DNA from: a virus
Taxonomy: Duplodnaviria > Caudoviricetes
Direction: 5' to 3' (one strand)
DNA: 64,000 nt
Virus record (IMG/VR): IMGVR_UViG_3300033073_000410
Location: 51,485-115,484 of that record
Made by a program: the position numbers and the translations under genes. Below the pieces are notes generated by a model. That model worked only from the letters and a program-made list of their open reading frames with translations, did not search any database and was not told where the DNA came from. This document shows positions 56,841 to 64,000 of the stretch, one piece after another. Numbering within the stretch: the first letter of the stretch is position 1; the number at the start of each line of letters is the position of its first letter.

Positions 56841-58305
56841 TCGAAAACGGGTAGTTAGCCTCTTTATAAAAGGTCTTGCGTTGTGTTAGATGGCGCTTTG
56901 CGAATTTACAGCTTGATGTAATATCCCAAATCTGCACAAAATCTTTATCTTCTGCTTTACGAATTCCTCGGCCTATTGACTGAATAACTCTAACAAACGA
57001 TTTGCCAGGCTCAACAAGAACCAAGTTAAAGATGCGAGGAATATTAATTCCAACAGCCGCGACTCCGTAAGTCGCAACAATAACCTTGTTAGTAGCAGTC
57101 GCAACTTCGTCATATTGTTCCTTTCTATCATTCATGTCTGTGCCACCGGACACAAATGAAACTTCATAATCGAGTCTCTCTTTAGTGAATGCTTCGCTAA
57201 GTCTAGTTTGAATTTCTCTACCGGCTGCAACTCTATCTACAAGAATCAAAGTATTACCTGACTCTTTAATCTTTTCTAGCAACTGACATATTGTTACTAG
57301 TCTGTCATCATTCTCAAGTAAGTACTTTAGTTCAGTTTGATAATTACTAAACTCTACCTTGTCTTGTAATTGAACAATGTTAACGTGACATTGTGCTAAC
57401 ACTCCCATTTCTTGTAATGTGCTTGCGGCAAGTTTATTAATAACGTTTCCAAGAGACACATACAATGCTTGTGCTTCAAATATAGCTTTAGGTATAGTAC
57501 CAGTCAAACCGAATCTGATTGGAATGTTTGCCATTACACCAGTTAATAATTCTTTCAACACATCTGCTTTAGCCATGTGTACTTCGTCAACCATGACACA
57601 AACAACATCTTCTAAAAAGTCAATGATAGATACTTCTGCATCACCACTCTTAGTATTCTTTAGCATGTTACCAAGACTTTGCCATGTGCAAATCGTATGT
57701 GTCTTTCCAAAGTCTTTTCTGTCACCGAAGTATACACCAACGTCAAGACCCAAGTTGATATAGTCTGCTTCTGTTTGAACGACTAGACTTTTGTTAGGGA
57801 CGATAACAATAGAGCGTCCATACTTCTCAACTGAATGAGACAATGCCGCAGTAATCAATGTCTTACCTGCACCCGTAGCAATCTCTTGAATCGATTGAGG
57901 GTTCTTTAAAAACTCGTTAATGATTTCAATTTGATAGTCACGTAGTACAACTGGCTTACCCTCCATTGGATGCTTGGCTGGCCATACTTTGTGTTTGAAC
58001 GTTTCTTCCGTTACTTCGTCAAAGTTGAACGTGGTTGAATACTCACGTAAATCTTCTAGTTGAATATCATATCCAGCGCTATCTAGTAATGGAAGAATCT
58101 GTGGTAGTAAATTAACGTATGTGCTACCACCTAAGCTAAAGAAACTAATCTTGCCGTTCCATCTACCTAATCGGACACTTGGCAAATATCTTGCACCAGG
58201 CTTCTCGTACTCAAACATCTTCATCAGTGTCTTACGGTCGCCTAACTCAAGTCCTTCTATCTTTACATTGACTTCGTCCTTAATTATTAGTTTACATTCT
58301 TTCAT
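56818..58305 (-). CDS. uvsW: UvsW-like SF2 helicase
   Basis: LRDYQ, ATGAGKT, VDEVH, GLTGT, GINIP, QSIGRGIR. Confidence 0.9.
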   Translation of the reverse strand: MKECKLIIKDEVNVKIEGLELGDRKTLMKMFEYEKPGARYLPSVRLGRWNGKISFFSLGGSTYVNLLPQILPLLDSAGYDIQLEDLREYSTTFNFDEVTEETFKHKVWPAKHPMEGKPVVLRDYQIEIINEFLKNPQSIQEIATGAGKTLITAALSHSVEKYGRSIVIVPNKSLVVQTEADYINLGLDVGVYFGDRKDFGKTHTICTWQSLGNMLKNTKSGDAEVSIIDFLEDVVCVMVDEVHMAKADVLKELLTGVMANIPIRFGLTGTIPKAIFEAQALYVSLGNVINKLAASTLQEMGVLAQCHVNIVQLQDKVEFSNYQTELKYLLENDDRLVTICQLLEKIKESGNTLILVDRVAAGREIQTRLSEAFTKERLDYEVSFVSGGTDMNDRKEQYDEVATATNKVIVATYGVAAVGINIPRIFNLVLVEPGKSFVRVIQSIGRGIRKAEDKDFVQIWDITSSCKFAKRHLTQRKTFYKEANYPFSIEKLTYK

Positions 58306-59360
58306 TTAATATCGATTGGTTTATTATTCATAAGAGTCACTGCCTTCCTAACTCCTAATCGTTCTTTAGAACGCTCTTTGGGTACCCATATACTAGTGTA
58401 TACAGCTACTGGCATGTCATAATCATTGGACCTAATTGATGCTAGGTCTGATTTCCTATCAACTACTTTGCAGTCAATGCCCACAGAAGTTAACGCTTCT
58501 TCTAACTTCTTTGTGCTTATTTTTGTATGCGATAACGATTCTGTTATTATAACATAATCACATCCAATAGACTTTAATGCTTCAACGATTGAGGGTACAT
58601 CATTTATATCTAAATGAGGTGCTGGGCTTTTTGCAAACTGCACAAGTTTGCCGTCAATTGATTTGTTCTCTAGTGCATTCACGATTGAATCTGCAATGTA
58701 AATACCATAGTCAATTGCCTTAGCTACAGAATTCAAGTCTAATGAAAAGTCTATATCTTCAATCGCATCGGCTAGTGGACGATTGATTCCAGCAACCATT
58801 ACATTACCGTTAATGTAACAAAGCGTAGGATCCCATATGGTTGCTGATTCATATTCTATCAAGCTATTTATAATTTCAGTGGTCTTCTCACAATAGTGCA
58901 AGTTATCATAATGCTTGCTAGTCATGTTGATAAAATGCTTTAGTGTTTCTTCACATAAAGGTGCAGACCATATTTTTGTTTCTTTGTTCCAGTCTAACTG
59001 CACTGAGGTTGACCTGAACTCTTTAACAAAGTCACCTTTGAATGGGCTTCGCAATGTAATAATGTCATCGACAATTGTTACAAACGCATGAGTAAATTCA
59101 GGTAAACTAGAAACAACATTAGAAGTCCATGGCAATTGAACCATGTCATTAGCATCAATCTCTTGCTTTCTCAACTGCCTCGCATAGCGTAAAACAATCT
59201 TATCTAAAAGTTCAGACTGGTTACTAGTGATTGGTTTATTGTTAACAATCTGCATCGTTTGCAAGTTGTTTAGAAAACGCTTATCATAGGTTCCCAAACT
59301 AACTGTTTGCAATAGATAGTAAATTAACTGTTCCTTAGTTGTTGGCTTCACTTTTGTCAT
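58302..59360 (-). CDS. Hypothetical protein (likely start MTKVKP)
   Basis: ORF with upstream promoter. Confidence 0.7.
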   Translation of the reverse strand: MTKVKPTTKEQLIYYLLQTVSLGTYDKRFLNNLQTMQIVNNKPITSNQSELLDKIVLRYARQLRKQEIDANDMVQLPWTSNVVSSLPEFTHAFVTIVDDIITLRSPFKGDFVKEFRSTSVQLDWNKETKIWSAPLCEETLKHFINMTSKHYDNLHYCEKTTEIINSLIEYESATIWDPTLCYINGNVMVAGINRPLADAIEDIDFSLDLNSVAKAIDYGIYIADSIVNALENKSIDGKLVQFAKSPAPHLDINDVPSIVEALKSIGCDYVIITESLSHTKISTKKLEEALTSVGIDCKVVDRKSDLASIRSNDYDMPVAVYTSIWVPKERSKERLGVRKAVTLMNNKPIDIK

Positions 59361-59366
59361 TCTGCT

Positions 59367-59396
59367 AGTATAATACTTATGACTAGAGGAAGTCAA
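59367..59396 (-). promoter_or_regulatory. sigma70-type promoter, predicted leaderless
   Basis: TTGACT-N18-TATACT-N6-ATG. Confidence 0.65.
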
Positions 59397-59406
59397 CCTT
59401 TGAGGC

Positions 59407-59430
59407 AAAAAAAAGGGGACCGAAGTCCCC
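59407..59430 (-). terminator. Intrinsic terminator with a C(UUCG)G tetraloop
   Basis: GGGGAC-TTCG-GTCCCC-T8. Confidence 0.92.
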
Positions 59431-59432
59431 GA

Positions 59433-59669
59433 TTAGTAACTGTCGTGTGTCCCTAACTTATACATTGTTCTATCTATCTTGTTACAGTTACCACAGGATC
59501 TAAATTGAAACAATGCTTTAGAACGATTCATAGTGAAAGCATTTTTATAAATTCCCGGTTCAGGTTCGCCCCACATTGTCCAATTATGGACACCTGCACG
59601 ACACCACCAACTTTTCATTAAAGGAACTTGCTCCTTTAATACCCTGAATGTATTTTCTTTTTCGTTCAT
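59433..59669 (-). CDS. Small Cys/His zinc-binding protein
   Basis: WWCRAGVHNW...CGNC. Confidence 0.7.
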   Translation of the reverse strand: MNEKENTFRVLKEQVPLMKSWWCRAGVHNWTMWGEPEPGIYKNAFTMNRSKALFQFRSCGNCNKIDRTMYKLGTHDSY

Positions 59670-60001
59670 CGTTTCAATTCTTCGAACACACGTTCACGTT
59701 CAGCCAAGAAACATTCAAACGCAGCCTTGACGATGTTGTAAACAAACGTGAGAATATTCATCACAAAATAGGTACCCATAATTGTTCCGGCAAATTCTTT
59801 GCTCGGTGATAGCCAAACAGCAAACAACCCGACTGCCATAAATGTTACCAATGACAGTATCAGAAATCCAGCGATAGCAAAAATAGAATCAGGCGGGCCC
59901 TTCTTCAATTCATAGCGAAACTTTTCTGCGAGATTAAAGCACCCGCCGAACGTTTTCATAAAACACCATTTGAAAAATGCTAGATACATTCCAACGTTCA
60001 T
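59666..60001 (-). CDS. Membrane protein with 2 TM helices (likely start MNVGMY)
   Basis: GGAGG RBS; hydrophobic helices. Confidence 0.7.
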   Translation of the reverse strand: MNVGMYLAFFKWCFMKTFGGCFNLAEKFRYELKKGPPDSIFAIAGFLILSLVTFMAVGLFAVWLSPSKEFAGTIMGTYFVMNILTFVYNIVKAAFECFLAERERVFEELKR

Positions 60002-60204
60002 GCTTCCTCCGTTAATGTGGGTGTGAAGTATTCCACTGCTTGTGCGAATCCTCGCAACCCGTCTACAGTTTGACACTCGGCAACAATCGTGCCTTTCTTG
60101 TTATGAATGTAAAATCCACTGTTAATAGAACTCACACTATAACCAAAGTTTTTAAGTACCGATTCCCAGCTACGGTATCGCATAATCAATTCATAGTCTT
60201 TCAT
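59998..60204 (-). CDS. Hypothetical protein
   Basis: ORF, coupled. Confidence 0.65.
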   Translation of the reverse strand: MKDYELIMRYRSWESVLKNFGYSVSSINSGFYIHNKKGTIVAECQTVDGLRGFAQAVEYFTPTLTEEA

Positions 60205-60422
60205 TCTTCTACTCCAAAGTGTTCTTTATATACCATATCCAAATCAATCTCACCAATGCGGCGACCGATAAATTGATTATTAACCTTAGCACATTCCCGA
60301 ATAACTAACCCGGCGAACACTTGTTTGATTTTCTCAATTTGATCCATTGATAGACTTGAGTAAGTCTCGGGGACAGCTTTATCTAAAGCCTCTCCCCACA
60401 GTGTGTCTACAATAGTTGACAT
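60201..60422 (-). CDS. Hypothetical protein (FAxLIVREC...EHFGV type)
   Basis: FAGLVIRECA, KEHFGVEE. Confidence 0.7.
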   Translation of the reverse strand: MSTIVDTLWGEALDKAVPETYSSLSMDQIEKIKQVFAGLVIRECAKVNNQFIGRRIGEIDLDMVYKEHFGVEE

Positions 60423-60423
60423 A

Positions 60424-61431
60424 TTAGCCTCGCTTCATACAAGTTGCTTTAGCCAACTCTTTCCAGTTAGGACTAATCTTAACCAAGTCAGCTACTTTCA
60501 AACACATACGCAAAGACACTTCACGCAATTTGTTGTGATTGTCAACAATGAATTGCATCACTTCGTCAGTTTGTTCCTGAGTAAAGTCATAGTCAGCAAA
60601 CAAACCACCATCAGCATCACGATGCACTTGCTTGATACGCAACATTTTGTCACGCTCGGTGTCAACAGTCAAGTCCAAGAAGTGACTACGTGATTGCAAC
60701 GCATCCAAGTGAGGTTGCATCTTGCTTGCTTTCTTCTGGTCGAAAGTTTTGTTTGTAATGAAGATGATTGAACCGTTAAAGTCGAAAGTGTTAGGCACAC
60801 CCTCGTCACGCAACAAACGTGAATCTTTGTTCCAACTGATACGGCGCTTCTTACCTGAATCTAGCGCACCTTTGAGAACGTTAACTGCATCTTGGTCATC
60901 CCAAATATCACAGTCATCAAACACCAACACGTTCTTTGCGTCAGAGTATTTGTACAACTTAGCAAACAAGCCGATGCCTGACATTGCACCTTTTACAATC
61001 TCAAAGCGAGGGCGCTTGCCTGAGATTTTATCAAACATAGAGGCTTTTTCCATTTGCATAGTCACACCGTGTGACTTGCCGATACCTGCGGGACCTGTCA
61101 CAATCATAGCACGAATGTCACCACTGATACAGGCTTTGGACATTTCGTCTAATACTGCGAAACGTGATGCAATACGATCCATTGCCTCAGTTTCAGATTC
61201 GATAACTTTTTCTTCAACAATAGGTGTGTCACCTGAAACGAATTGCAAGCAATCGTGGGTGTCTACGTTGATACGAATCTCTGAACTACGACCAGGGAAC
61301 TGACCCTCATTCTTTACAGTTACAAAACCACCTTTAGCACCTAGTTGGTAACCTTTCACAAGTGTGAAAACTTTATCGTTTACTGGGGTGTTACGATATG
61401 TACCCGACGTGATGCGAACTGTTGAGGTCAT
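60424..61431 (-). CDS. Early P-loop/AAA ATPase
   Basis: GPAGIGKS, LVFDDCD, IIFITN, ALQSR. Confidence 0.85.
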   Translation of the reverse strand: MTSTVRITSGTYRNTPVNDKVFTLVKGYQLGAKGGFVTVKNEGQFPGRSSEIRINVDTHDCLQFVSGDTPIVEEKVIESETEAMDRIASRFAVLDEMSKACISGDIRAMIVTGPAGIGKSHGVTMQMEKASMFDKISGKRPRFEIVKGAMSGIGLFAKLYKYSDAKNVLVFDDCDIWDDQDAVNVLKGALDSGKKRRISWNKDSRLLRDEGVPNTFDFNGSIIFITNKTFDQKKASKMQPHLDALQSRSHFLDLTVDTERDKMLRIKQVHRDADGGLFADYDFTQEQTDEVMQFIVDNHNKLREVSLRMCLKVADLVKISPNWKELAKATCMKRG

Positions 61432-61463
61432 TTTTTCTCCTGTGTTTCAAACTCAATACAAGT

Positions 61464-61509
61464 ATTATAGCAGATACCTGAATTATTGTCAAATTTCGGG
61501 TATCTGCTA
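61464..61509 (-). promoter_or_regulatory. Consensus sigma70 early promoter inside an 11-bp inverted repeat
   Basis: TTGACA-N17-TATAAT; TAGCAGATACC...GGTATCTGCTA. Confidence 0.85.
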
Positions 61510-61520
61510 AAGGTAATACT

Positions 61521-61763
61521 TTATTCTACAAAAGCAAAAGTTTTGAAGTTATTTTGCTTACAGATACGTTCAGCGTGGGCTTCTACGATAGAACGCTCAA
61601 CCTGTACTGTATCAAAATCATAAGTAACAAGTGCAGTCTTATTAGTTACTTTTGGGTTGTCGCTTGCGAGAATTCGCATACAAACAACTTCGTCACTGTA
61701 GGGCTTCTTTTTGAAAACGACTTTGACGAACATCTTAGACACAGCGACAGAGTTGTATTTCAT
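61521..61763 (-). CDS. Hypothetical early protein
   Basis: ORF after a consensus promoter. Confidence 0.7.
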   Translation of the reverse strand: MKYNSVAVSKMFVKVVFKKKPYSDEVVCMRILASDNPKVTNKTALVTYDFDTVQVERSIVEAHAERICKQNNFKTFAFVE

Positions 61764-61794
61764 TTTGGATTCTCTTTCAAGTGATTAAGACTGT

Positions 61795-61823
61795 ATTATA
61801 TACCCAAAATGATTTATTGTCAA
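61795..61823 (-). promoter_or_regulatory. Consensus sigma70 early promoter
   Basis: TTGACA-N17-TATAAT. Confidence 0.85.
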
Positions 61824-62665
61824 CCTCTGTCAATCTCCCAACCACTGAGAAGAAAGTGGTCGAACCCATCAAGTCTACGTCTAGTGTATGTGCCCTTGAT
61901 TTTCAGTTGGTTCTCATTGTCGAACACATAATCCCACAAGTGCTTCAACTGATTTTTTCGTTCGACTGAGACCATGACACCGGCATCTAACTTAGTATCT
62001 TTGAACCAGTATTGAACATTGTCCAAATGCTTAGTCTTGCGTACAATTGACTTGAGTGGTTGCAAGTCAGCAGACAAGTTCAAGGTGTATGGCTTGTGGG
62101 TTTTGTTCATTTCTTCAAAACCTTGATCCGTTTTGATGTGAAGTTTGATACCATCTAAGTCAGTATCATATTGATGGAACATCGGTAGATAGTAAGCCAT
62201 ACCTAACAGGTTTTCTTTAAACATAGTACCGTCACTATGTACTAATTTGTTCAAATCTTCTCTGAAGGGTGACATGTGTTCTCGTGTGCCCTTTAGTTTC
62301 AACATCATAATCTTTTGACTATAATATTTTCTAATCTCTGCCGCATGTTCTCTATCCGCATCAGTTACTTTACGAAACAATTGATGATCCAACATTTTAT
62401 AGAAAGTATCGTCACCTTCTTTCTTCAAACGATACATCGTTGACGATAGTGATAGAATGTCTTCCTCTGATTCAATCACCTGATACTTCTTTATCTGTGG
62501 ATTTGATATCGAAACCCAATCATCAAAGGTTGATGCGCTGGCAGCGCCAATACTAATATTGGACAAGGGTGCCAATGATGGAGAATAGTTAGTAAGCGTA
62601 ATAGTATTATGCGGCATGTTTCTTCCAGTAAGTTGAACGAGGCCTTTACCTCGATAGTTAGTCAT
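61820..62665 (-). CDS. Hypothetical protein
   Basis: ORF. Confidence 0.75.
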   Translation of the reverse strand: MTNYRGKGLVQLTGRNMPHNTITLTNYSPSLAPLSNISIGAASASTFDDWVSISNPQIKKYQVIESEEDILSLSSTMYRLKKEGDDTFYKMLDHQLFRKVTDADREHAAEIRKYYSQKIMMLKLKGTREHMSPFREDLNKLVHSDGTMFKENLLGMAYYLPMFHQYDTDLDGIKLHIKTDQGFEEMNKTHKPYTLNLSADLQPLKSIVRKTKHLDNVQYWFKDTKLDAGVMVSVERKNQLKHLWDYVFDNENQLKIKGTYTRRRLDGFDHFLLSGWEIDRG

Positions 62666-62670
62666 GCGTT

Positions 62671-62706
62671 ATTATAACAAAAACCTCGTATCATTACAAT
62701 ACGAGG
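62671..62706 (-). promoter_or_regulatory. Terminator hairpin overlapping a predicted leaderless sigma70 promoter
   Basis: CCTCGTAT...ATACGAGG-TTTTT; TTGTAA-N17-TATAAT-N5-ATG. Confidence 0.65.
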
Positions 62707-62712
62707 CCTCTG

Positions 62713-63171
62713 TTAAAGGGTAATATCTTCCATTCCACTTGTCCGTAATCGAACTATGTGACCCATTTGCCATTGTTTGGCATCTAAGCCTTTCATAATA
62801 CCTAACCATTTGTTTCGCATCAATGCGACTTCGTTGATTAATGTTTCATAGTCAATTACTTCTTGTTCTCCGTCTACATACTTTTCGGCATCACGGCTAG
62901 TCAATGCCCTGTTGTATGCTTCCAGATACTTTTGAAAATGCTTTCTACGAATCTTACGTAGTTGAATGTTAAGATGATTCAACACAGCCTCAATTTCTTG
63001 AAGCTGATAGAAACGGTGTTCAGTAATACCCGGTAATGCGGCAATGTTCTTTTCTAACTTACCGTATACCTTTACATCATTCTTTGCCGAACTAAGTTCT
63101 GTCTCATAGTAAGCAATAAAATCAGGTAGTACTGAAATATCTAAACTAACTCTAGTTAACCAGTTTGACAT
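62713..63171 (-). CDS. uvsY: Recombination mediator, UvsY-like
   Basis: Helical; YLEAY...DAEKYVDGE...GIMKGLDAKQWQMG; downstream of recA/uvsX. Confidence 0.7.
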   Translation of the reverse strand: MSNWLTRVSLDISVLPDFIAYYETELSSAKNDVKVYGKLEKNIAALPGITEHRFYQLQEIEAVLNHLNIQLRKIRRKHFQKYLEAYNRALTSRDAEKYVDGEQEVIDYETLINEVALMRNKWLGIMKGLDAKQWQMGHIVRLRTSGMEDITL

Positions 63172-63420
63172 TTAATCCCATTCTTCGTCTTGGTCTTCGT
63201 CTTCGTATTCTTCGTAATCTTCTTCTTGGAAGTGCTGTTCAGCGTAACCCTTCAATGCTCTAGTGATATCTTTATCACTGAAATCATCCTGGATATCGTC
63301 AACTGAATAGTTGTTTTCAATCAAGTAAACAACCATTGCATCAGCGGCCTCACTACGGTCATTGAAATCAATGTGCTCACGCAAGACTTCCCAAACTTCT
63401 GCTATAGTACTTAAACTCAT
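63172..63420 (-). CDS. Acidic hypothetical protein (likely start MSLSTI)
   Basis: GGGGAG RBS. Confidence 0.7.
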   Translation of the reverse strand: MSLSTIAEVWEVLREHIDFNDRSEAADAMVVYLIENNYSVDDIQDDFSDKDITRALKGYAEQHFQEEDYEEYEDEDQDEEWD

Positions 63421-63424
63421 GGTG

Positions 63425-63598
63425 TTACTCCCCAAGTTTAGCTTTTACTTGTCTAACTAATTCTTTGCCTAAGTCAGCATAGAATTGTTCTTCTGTAATG
63501 CCAATTGGTTGTTTCGCCGCATCAATTGCGATAGTCCCTTCGAACTTTGCTTTAGATCCAAATTGGTCTTCAACCAATTCAACTTTGTCGATAATCAT
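63425..63598 (-). CDS. 57-aa hypothetical protein (MIIDKVELVED...KAKLGE), missing from the ORF track
   Basis: Translated by hand; ATGA overlap with the recA stop, AAGGAG upstream. Confidence 0.7.
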   Translation of the reverse strand: MIIDKVELVEDQFGSKAKFEGTIAIDAAKQPIGITEEQFYADLGKELVRQVKAKLGE

Positions 63599-64000
63599 TC
63601 TGTAGTGTCTCCTTCTTCGGTTTCTACAGTATTACTTATCTCTTGCTTCGCAGTTCTTAGTGGTAAGTCTTTCATCACAGTATCCAAACAACCATCGGTG
63701 TTAGCTTCCCATGCTTTGCGGAACTTCTTAATCACTTCGCCGTCAAGTGTCGTGTAAACAAGGCTGTTGCCTTCTTTCTTTAAAAGTTCGTTCTTCTCAG
63801 CCAAGTCAACTAGACCACTGTATGGACTCATACCTGTCTTGTAAGGAATCTTCACTTGCACACCCTCAAAAGGTTTTGCATAACGAGTTTTCATAATCTT
63901 ACAACCAGCACGAATACCATTTACTTCTGATACTTTGTTACCATCCTCGTCTTCTTTCAATTTCATCTTTTTCATCGCAACAACGATAGATGAAGCATAC
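63595..64000 (-). CDS. uvsX: RecA/UvsX recombinase, C-terminal part (starts beyond the window)
   Basis: YASSIVVAMKK, KIMKTRYAKPF, IPYKTGMSPYSGL, KKEGN. Confidence 0.85.
   Translation of the reverse strand, partial: YASSIVVAMKKMKLKEDEDGNKVSEVNGIRAGCKIMKTRYAKPFEGVQVKIPYKTGMSPYSGLVDLAEKNELLKKEGNSLVYTTLDGEVIKKFRKAWEANTDGCLDTVMKDLPLRTAKQEISNTVETEEGDTTE

Noticed and set aside
62630-62665. YRGKGLVQLTGRN at the start of 61820..62665 resembles the GH19 motif GRGLIQLTGR
   Set aside because: Only about 12 residues match and the rest is not GH19-like; it may be a captured fragment or chance, and cannot support a function
867-63757. Many plus-strand ORFs antisense to long genes (e.g. 867..1196, 17462..17974, 46089..46535, 60722..61303) and the nested ORFs 3904..4347 and 40783..41124
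   Set aside because: Shadow frames from codon bias; no RBS, promoter or recognisable motifs
1-64000. tRNA or rRNA genes
   Set aside because: Intergenic gaps are short and explained by promoters and terminators; no cloverleaf seen by eye (tRNAscan-SE would confirm)

Overview
This is a 64-kb, AT-rich, gene-dense segment of a large T4-related myovirus (probably a jumbo phage); most genes lie on the minus strand. It holds four kinds of genes. Chaperone/proteolysis and metabolic genes: ClpA, DnaJ, GroES, PhoH, MazG-like, NUDIX, dNMP kinase and a divergent PurD-like ligase. Virion genes: baseplate, two long fibre proteins, GH19 lysozyme, gp4 nuclease, tail tube, 1184-aa sheath, gp13/14/15-like neck proteins and internal head proteins. 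Replication/recombination genes: clamp loader, gp41 helicase, gp61 primase, UvsW, UvsY, RecA/UvsX and exonucleases. There is also an early accessory region. The most notable observations are: (1) a miniature family-C (DnaE-like) polymerase core split, with no intein, into two genes about 38 kb apart, the second coupled to a DEDDh exonuclease; (2) an array of about 15 small divergent paralogues whose conserved C-terminal LRW codons also form the ribosome-binding site or start codon of the next gene, with a remodelled PurD-like enzyme inside it; (3) at least 8 sigma70-type promoters that should give leaderless mRNAs, plus T4-like late promoters overlapping hairpins that hide the RBS; (4) a GNAT-GNAT-ParB-like polyprotein with putative prohead-protease sites; (5) an in-frame TAA in the primase and one frameshifted gene. 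No tRNA, rRNA or CRISPR array was seen. All family calls come from motif recognition by eye, not database searches.
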